Positions 22,962-32,000 of a stretch of 32,000 nt of DNA are shown here, one piece after another. Each line of letters begins with the position of its first letter. Within the stretch, counting starts at the first letter, position 1. The position numbers and the translations under genes were made by a program. Under the pieces are notes generated by a model. That model ran no database searches. It worked only from the letters and a program-made list of their open reading frames with translations, and was not told the DNA's origin. Source of the DNA: Pseudomonas aeruginosa (GTDB lineage Bacteria; Pseudomonadota; Gammaproteobacteria; Pseudomonadales; Pseudomonadaceae); contig NZ_LN831024.1 in assembly GCF_001457615.1 (NCBI RefSeq), positions 6,270,001-6,302,000 on the forward strand, given 5' to 3'.

Positions 22962-23585
22962 ATGAACGAGACCGTATCCCTCGAAACACGCGAAGTACGC
23001 TTTCTCTCCGTGTTCGACTTCGACGGTACCCTGACATACCGAGACAGCTTCGTGCCCTTCCTGCGTTTCGCCTTCGGCAACCGGGTGTTCGTCCGCCGCA
23101 TGCTGCGCATGGCAGGACCCAGCCTGGCCTATCTCTGCCGGCGTATCGACCGCGACGACCTGAAGGCGCGCCTGATCGCCACCTTCCTCACCGATGTGCC
23201 CGTACATGTGCTGGAAGAGCGGGCGCTGGCCTACCAGAATCGCTTCTGGGAAACACTGATGCGTCCCCACGCATTGACCGCGGTGGCCGACCAGGTCAGC
23301 AGCGGCAGCACCGTGACCATCTGTTCCGCCTCCCCTTCGCTGCTACTCAGGCCGTTCGCCGAGAAGCTCGGCGTGCACCTGATCGCCACCGAGCTGGAAG
23401 TGGTAGACGGCGTACTGACCGGCAGGATCGTCGGCCGCAACTGCCGGCGCGACGAGAAAGTCTGCCGCCTGGAGCGGCACTACGGTCCGCTGACCCAATA
23501 CTCCCTGCGCGCCTGGGGCGACTCGCGCGGCGATACGGAACTGCTGGCGGCGGCGCTGGAGCGCTTCTGGAAACCGTTCCGCTGA
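22962..23585 (+). CDS. HAD-IB family phosphatase (YfhB/PgpC-like)
   Basis: DxDGT motif (FDFDGTLT). C-terminal CRRDEKVCRLERHYG resembles, from memory, CLGHEKVAQLERKIG of E. coli YfhB. AAGGA lies 6 nt before the ATG at 22962; an alternative ATG is at 22956. Confidence 0.8.
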   Translation: MNETVSLETREVRFLSVFDFDGTLTYRDSFVPFLRFAFGNRVFVRRMLRMAGPSLAYLCRRIDRDDLKARLIATFLTDVPVHVLEERALAYQNRFWETLMRPHALTAVADQVSSGSTVTICSASPSLLLRPFAEKLGVHLIATELEVVDGVLTGRIVGRNCRRDEKVCRLERHYGPLTQYSLRAWGDSRGDTELLAAALERFWKPFR

Positions 23586-23944
23586 CCTGTTGCCGGGTAT
23601 GGTCTGGTCCGAGTATCAATCCAAAGTGGGAACCAAACCGGGGCGAATGTCGCGATATCCGGCAGGAGAGCAGAATTCGGCTAACGTTCCGATAGGGTAG
23701 TTTCTCCTGCGCTCCCAAGCCCGGGCGGTTCCGCTTGCGGCGATACTCCGAAGCCTTCTTCGATGAAATCGTGCACTGGCGCCCGGAATCTCGCTTCGTT
23801 CCCTTCTTTTCTCCCCGCCGTTCCCGCACCAGCCACACAACCATCCCTTCCATAGCCCGAGCGGTTCATCCCTGGCCCTGGCGCCGGCTCCGCGAGCCGG
23901 CGCCCCCTTGGCGTTCGTCCGCTCATTCAGCCAAAGAGAACATC

Positions 23945-25150
23945 ATGAACCAGAAAATTTCCCCGCCTCCACAGAAGCTCGACGGCCTGTTCCTGCTGGC
24001 CCTGTCGATGGCCGTGTTCTTCGTCGGCGTGACCGAGTTCATGCTGTCCTCCATGCTCGGGCCGCTGGCGCAGGCGTTCCACACCACTACCAGCGGCGCC
24101 GCCTGGCTGATCTCCAGCTACGCGTTCTCCTATGCGATCGCCGCGCCGTTGCTGGGCTACTTCTCCGACCGCATGCAACGCAGGAAGCTGCTGCTGCTCG
24201 CCCTGATCCTCTTCGCCGTCGATACCCTGGCCATCGTCATCGCCCCGACCCTGGAAATTGCCGTTGTCCTGCGGGTAATCGGGGGCATCGCCTCGGCAAT
24301 CATCATTCCGACCACCTTCGCCCTGGTCGCGGAGGTGGTCGCCCCGCAAAGACAGGCCGGTGCCATGGGCCAGGTGATGCTCGGCATGACCCTCGGCATT
24401 GCCGCCGGCCCGGCACTGGCCGGCCTCCTCTCGGACTTCTTCGGCTGGGCGACGCCCTTCCTGATGGTCTCGTGCGGTTGCGTGCTGGTCTTCCTGATGG
24501 CGCGCCAGCGCCTTCCCGTGCAAGCCGTGGCACCGCGCGCCGAGGGCCACGCGCTGGGCTGGTGCAGGCAATGGAGCATCCTCAGGCCACTGATCGCCAA
24601 GGGGGCCTGGAACGGCACCGGGGTCGCCGGCCTGCTTCTCTCGGGAGAGGTGCTGCGCCAGCGCTACGGCTTCAGCACCGCGCAGATAGGCGTCAGCATC
24701 GCCGCCTTCGGCGTGGGCCTGGCCGTGGGCAACCTCGCCGCGGGTTACCTGCGGCGCTACCTGAAGCGCGACGAAGACATGCTCCTGCTGGTGCTGGCGC
24801 TCCTGGTGCTATCGATGTCGACCTTCATGCTCCTGCCGCTACCGTTGCCCGTGGCGCTCTTCTGCCTGGGCGCCTGGGGCACCGCGCTGGGCCTGGGCGC
24901 GCCGGCGGGCACGGTGGTACTCGCCTCGCGCTCCGGGCCGGACAAGGGCATGGTGCTGTCGTTCGCCGAGACGTTCAACAACATCGCCATTCTCGCCAGC
25001 GTGCCCCTGGCTGTGCGACTGCTGGAGCTGAAGGGGCCGCCCGCCACCCTGTGGGTATTGGGCATCGGCCTGGGCATCGGCGCCTGGTTCACCGTGCTGG
25101 ACTGGTTCGCCAGCCGCAGGAGCGACGAAGCGCTGCCGTTGCGCGATTGA
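23945..25150 (+). CDS. MFS transporter (12-TM, drug/metabolite exporter-like)
   Basis: ATG at 23945 inside ORF 23735..25150 gives MNQKISPPPQKLDGLFLLALSMAVFFVGVTEF... The motif GYFSDRMQRRKLLLL lies between TM2 and TM3. Confidence 0.85.
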   Translation: MNQKISPPPQKLDGLFLLALSMAVFFVGVTEFMLSSMLGPLAQAFHTTTSGAAWLISSYAFSYAIAAPLLGYFSDRMQRRKLLLLALILFAVDTLAIVIAPTLEIAVVLRVIGGIASAIIIPTTFALVAEVVAPQRQAGAMGQVMLGMTLGIAAGPALAGLLSDFFGWATPFLMVSCGCVLVFLMARQRLPVQAVAPRAEGHALGWCRQWSILRPLIAKGAWNGTGVAGLLLSGEVLRQRYGFSTAQIGVSIAAFGVGLAVGNLAAGYLRRYLKRDEDMLLLVLALLVLSMSTFMLLPLPLPVALFCLGAWGTALGLGAPAGTVVLASRSGPDKGMVLSFAETFNNIAILASVPLAVRLLELKGPPATLWVLGIGLGIGAWFTVLDWFASRRSDEALPLRD

Positions 25151-25158
25151 CGGCGAGC

Positions 25159-25183
25159 GCCGGGGCCGCATGCCTGCCCCGGC
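25159..25183. terminator. GC hairpin between the convergent MFS and glmS genes (possible bidirectional terminator)
   Basis: GCCGGGGC-N9-GCCCCGGC, followed only by the weak TTCTC. No strong U-tract. Confidence 0.45.
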
Positions 25184-25204
25184 TTCTCGGGCACGCGGCC
25201 GGCG

Positions 25205-27040
<1,836 letters not shown>

Positions 27041-27055
27041 GGGGTCTTTCTCCTT

Positions 27056-27829
27056 TCAGGCCTCGACCGGGGTGCAGATCAGCGTGACGCCCCGGGCGGT
27101 TATCTGTTCGCGCGCGGAAGGTTCCAGGCGCTCGTCGGTAATCAGGGTATGGATGCTGCTCCAGGGCAATTCCTGGTTGGGAATGCGCCGACCGACCTTG
27201 TCGGCCTCGGCCATGACGATCACCTCGCGGGCGACCTCGGCCATCACCCGGCTCAGGCCCAGCAATTCGTTGAACGTGGTCGTCCCGCGTTCGAGATCGA
27301 TGCCGTCGGCACCGATGAATAGTTGGTCGAAGTCATAGGAACGCAGCACCTGCTCGGCAACCTGCCCCTGGAACGACTCGGAATGCGGATCCCAGGTCCC
27401 CCCGGTCATCAGCAGCACCGGCTCGTGCTCCAGTTCGCGCAGGGCGTTGACCACGTTCAGCGAGTTGGTCATCACCACCAGGCCCGGCTTGTGCCCGAGT
27501 TCGGGGATCATCGCCGCGGTGGTGCTGCCACTGTCGATGATGATCCGCGCATGCTCGCGGATGCGCGCCGCGGCGGCGCGACCGATAGCCTGCTTGTAGG
27601 GCGAGACGGGCTGCGCAGCTTCACCGATCAGTTCCTGCGGCATCGGCACCGCACCGCCGTAGCGACGCAACAGCAGGCCGTGGCTTTCCATGGCGGCGAG
27701 GTCCTTGCGGATGGTCACTTCCGAGGTGGAAAAGCGCTTGGCGAGTGCGTCCACGCTGACCTCGCCCTGCTCGGAAAGCAGCGCGAGGATGGCATGGCGA
27801 CGTTGCGGCGTATTACGTTTCGAGATCAC
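27056..27829 (-). CDS. glmR: DeoR-family transcriptional regulator of amino-sugar metabolism
   Basis: 257 aa with a GTG start. DeoR HTH (RRHAILALLSEQGEVSVDALAKRFSTSEVTIRKDL) plus a DeoR C-terminal sensor domain. Ends 15 bp upstream of glmS. Confidence 0.9.
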   Translation of the reverse strand: MISKRNTPQRRHAILALLSEQGEVSVDALAKRFSTSEVTIRKDLAAMESHGLLLRRYGGAVPMPQELIGEAAQPVSPYKQAIGRAAAARIREHARIIIDSGSTTAAMIPELGHKPGLVVMTNSLNVVNALRELEHEPVLLMTGGTWDPHSESFQGQVAEQVLRSYDFDQLFIGADGIDLERGTTTFNELLGLSRVMAEVAREVIVMAEADKVGRRIPNQELPWSSIHTLITDERLEPSAREQITARGVTLICTPVEA

Positions 27830-27896
27830 TTAAGTTTCGTTTCGAAAGAAAAGTGTGCGAATCAAAACTTATCCGGCGCTTCTCGTCAATGACTTT

Positions 27897-28406
27897 TCAT
27901 CGGCTCGGCAGCACCGTATCGGGATCGAGATAGAACATCTTCTTCCAACCCTGGGTGCTGTCGTCGGCCAGCCAGGGATAGGGCAGCAAGGTGATGATCG
28001 CGTAGTGCAGGTGGGCCGGCTTGCCGCGCGCGTTGCCGGTGGTGCCGACCGTACCCAGGCGGGAACCGGCAAGGACCGGCTGGCCCGGATAGGCGTCGAG
28101 GCTATCGAGATGGGCGTAGTAATGCAGGCGCCACTTGGGCGCCAGCACCAGGACGACCTTGCCGCCGAGGGCGATCTCCCCGCGATAGAGCACCAGGCCG
28201 TAGCTGGCGGAGCGTACGGGGGTGCCGCTGCGGGCGAAGATGTCGATGCCCTTGTGCACTCCGGAGCGCCCCCAGGGCTCGAACCAGAAGGTTCGCGGAT
28301 TCCAGTCGCGGGCACTGGCGCCTTCGACGGGTATCCGCGGCCATTCGGGCAGCACCGCCCAGGCTATGAGCAGCCCCAGCACGATCCGTTTCGCAGGCTT
28401 CGGCAT
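27897..28406 (-). CDS. M23-family metallopeptidase (LytM-like)
   Basis: ATG at 28406 (RBS GGAG) within ORF 27897..28544. N-terminal anchor MPKPAKRIVLGLLIAWAVL. HxxxD (HKGID) and HxH (HLH) motifs. Confidence 0.85.
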   Translation of the reverse strand: MPKPAKRIVLGLLIAWAVLPEWPRIPVEGASARDWNPRTFWFEPWGRSGVHKGIDIFARSGTPVRSASYGLVLYRGEIALGGKVVLVLAPKWRLHYYAHLDSLDAYPGQPVLAGSRLGTVGTTGNARGKPAHLHYAIITLLPYPWLADDSTQGWKKMFYLDPDTVLPSR

Positions 28407-28419
28407 CCGTGCCGCTCCG

Positions 28420-29784
28420 TTACTTCTTGATTTTTTCCGGGCGCTTCCAGTTTTCCAGGTTCTTCTGCCGGGCGCGGCCGAAGGCCAGGTTCTTCGCCGG
28501 AACCTCATGGGTGATGGTGGAGCCGGCCGCGGTCGTCGCGCCATCGCCGATCTTCAGCGGCGCCACCAGCGAGTTGTTCGAGCCGATGAACACATCGTCG
28601 CCCAGCTCGGTGCGGAACTTGTTCGCGCCATCGTAGTTGCAGGTGATGGTGCCGGCGCCGATGTTGCAGTTGGCGCCCAGCTCGGCATCGCCCAGGTAGC
28701 TCAGGTGGCCGGCCTTGCTGCCCTCGCCCAGGCGGGCATTCTTCAGTTCGACGAAGTTGCCGACATGGGCCCGAGCGCCGAGCACGCTGCCCGGACGCAG
28801 GCGGGCAAACGGACCGGCATCGCTACCCTCGCCCAGCTCCGCGCCTTCCAGGTGGCTGTTGGCCTTGATCACCGCGCCACGCCGCAGGACGCTGTCGCGA
28901 ATCACGCAGTTCGGTCCGATGCGCACGTCGTCCTCGATCACCACGCGGCCTTCCAGCACCACATTGACGTCGATCAGCACGTCGCGGCCGACCGAGATTT
29001 CGCCACGGACATCCAGGCGCTGCGGATCGAGCAGGGTCACGCCCTGGCGCATCAGCTCCTCTGCGCGCATGCGCTGGTAGTGACGCTCCAGCTGGGCCTG
29101 TTGCATGCGGTCATTGACGCCCTGCACTTCCATCGCGTCCAGCGGTTGGGCGCTGGCCACCACCAGGCCGTCGCCGACCGCCATGGCGATCACGTCGGTC
29201 AGGTAGTACTCGCCCTGGGCGTTGTCGTTGGACAGGCGGCCGAGCCAGTCGGCAAGGCGCTTGCCCGGCACCGCGAGGATGCCGGTGTTGATCTCGCCGA
29301 TCTGGCGCTGCGCCGGGGTCGCGTCCTTGTGCTCGACGATGGCCTGCACCGCGCCCTGGTCGTCACGGACGATGCGGCCGTAGCCGGTGGGGTCGAGCAT
29401 GTCGACGGTGAGCAACGACAACTGGTCCGGGGTGACTTGCGCCAGCAGGCGCTGCAAGGTGTCCAGCTGGATCAGCGGCACGTCGCCGTAGAGGATCAGC
29501 ACCTGGTCTGCACTGAGGAACGGCAGGGCCTGGGCCACCGCATGGCCCGTACCGAGCTGTTCGGCCTGGAGCACGAAATTCAGGTCGTCGGCGGCCATCC
29601 GCTCACGCACCAGATCCGCGCCGTGGCCGATCACCACGTGGATCCGTTCCGGCTGCAACTGGCGCGCGCAGTCGATGACGTGGCCGAGCATCGGCTTGCC
29701 GGCAATGGGATGGAGGACCTTGGGCAGGGCCGAACGCATGCGGGTGCCCTGGCCGGCGGCGAGAATCACGATTTCAAGGGACAT
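28420..29784 (-). CDS. glmU: Bifunctional UDP-N-acetylglucosamine diphosphorylase / glucosamine-1-phosphate N-acetyltransferase
   Basis: 454 aa: [25 protein letters not shown]... plus C-terminal hexapeptide repeats. Confidence 0.98.
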   Translation of the reverse strand: MSLEIVILAAGQGTRMRSALPKVLHPIAGKPMLGHVIDCARQLQPERIHVVIGHGADLVRERMAADDLNFVLQAEQLGTGHAVAQALPFLSADQVLILYGDVPLIQLDTLQRLLAQVTPDQLSLLTVDMLDPTGYGRIVRDDQGAVQAIVEHKDATPAQRQIGEINTGILAVPGKRLADWLGRLSNDNAQGEYYLTDVIAMAVGDGLVVASAQPLDAMEVQGVNDRMQQAQLERHYQRMRAEELMRQGVTLLDPQRLDVRGEISVGRDVLIDVNVVLEGRVVIEDDVRIGPNCVIRDSVLRRGAVIKANSHLEGAELGEGSDAGPFARLRPGSVLGARAHVGNFVELKNARLGEGSKAGHLSYLGDAELGANCNIGAGTITCNYDGANKFRTELGDDVFIGSNNSLVAPLKIGDGATTAAGSTITHEVPAKNLAFGRARQKNLENWKRPEKIKK

Positions 29785-29840
29785 GGACTGAACTACCGTT
29801 CCTGGTGGTCACAGGCAAAACCTGTGAGTGAAGATGCAAA

Positions 29841-29873
29841 ACGAAAAAAGGGTAGCCCACAGGCTACCCTTTT
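29841..29873 (-). terminator. Rho-independent terminator after atpC (end of atp operon)
   Basis: The minus strand reads AAAGGGTAGCC-TGTG-GGCTACCCTTT followed by TTTCGTTTT. Confidence 0.85.
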
Positions 29874-29904
29874 CCCTGACACCGCTAGAAGTACCGGCTG
29901 GAAA

Positions 29905-30330
29905 TCAGCCGCCGAACTTCTTGCGCAGTTGCTGGACGGTGCGCAGCTGGGCTGCGGCTTCGGCCAGACGCGCGGCAGCGGCGCTGTAGTCGAACTCGGC
30001 GCCCTTGCCCTGCAGCGCCTTTTCGGCAGCCTTCAGGGCTTCCTGGGCGGCCGCTTCGTCGAGGTCGCCGGCACGAACCACGGTGTCGGCGAGGACCTTG
30101 ACCATGTTCGGCTGGACTTCGAGGAAACCGCCGGAGATGTAGTACACCTCCTGCTCGCCGCCCTGCTTGACCAGGCGGATGGGGCCCGGTTTCAGGTCGG
30201 TGATCAGCGGCGCGTGGCCCGGGGCGATACCCAGGTCACCCAGAGCGCCGTGCGCGATAACCATCTCGACCAGGCCGGAGAAGATCTCCGCCTCGGCGCT
30301 GACGATGTCGCAATGGACTGTTATGGCCAT
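29905..30330 (-). CDS. atpC: F0F1 ATP synthase subunit epsilon
   Basis: 141 aa: [42 protein letters not shown]... Confidence 0.97.
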
Positions 30331-30371
30331 ACGCTTGCCTCACATGAGCGCCCGTCGCCGGGCGCACAGGA

Positions 30372-32000
<1,629 letters not shown>

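Overview
High-GC Pseudomonas aeruginosa-type core chromosome. From memory, not from a search, it is syntenic with PAO1 PA5524-PA5555, the origin-proximal region next to the atp operon. About 31 protein genes are supported. In window order: SDR 3' end, GntR regulator, YgdI-like lipoprotein, SUKH-like protein, Tim44-like protein, CPA2 antiporter, a sigma-54-driven MFS dicarboxylate transporter, Fur-box tonB1, then a zinc-sparing (Zur) cluster. That cluster holds two COG0523 GTPases, DUF1826, dksA2, amiA, folE2, a gamma-carbonic anhydrase and pyrC2, with two perfect GTTATAnTATAAC Zur palindromes. It is followed by a beta-lactamase-fold serine hydrolase, a TAXI-TRAP transporter with DUF1850, a CFA-synthase-like methyltransferase, a HAD-IB phosphatase, an MFS transporter, glmS-glmR-M23 peptidase-glmU, and atpC/atpD/atpG (partial). 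I saw no rRNA, tRNA, CRISPR, IS or prophage features. The most unusual signal matches no gene model: eight exact and about ten near-exact DnaA-box 9-mers (TTATCCACA) lie within ~11 kb (6.6-17.9 kb), mostly inside the Zur-regulon genes and often encoded with rare codons. A head-to-head box pair and a 24-bp palindrome with half-parS arms sit in or next to pyrC2. I propose a DnaA-binding (datA/DARS/DBC-like) cis-element cluster as a testable hypothesis. All coordinates were derived by hand from the sequence and the ORF track.
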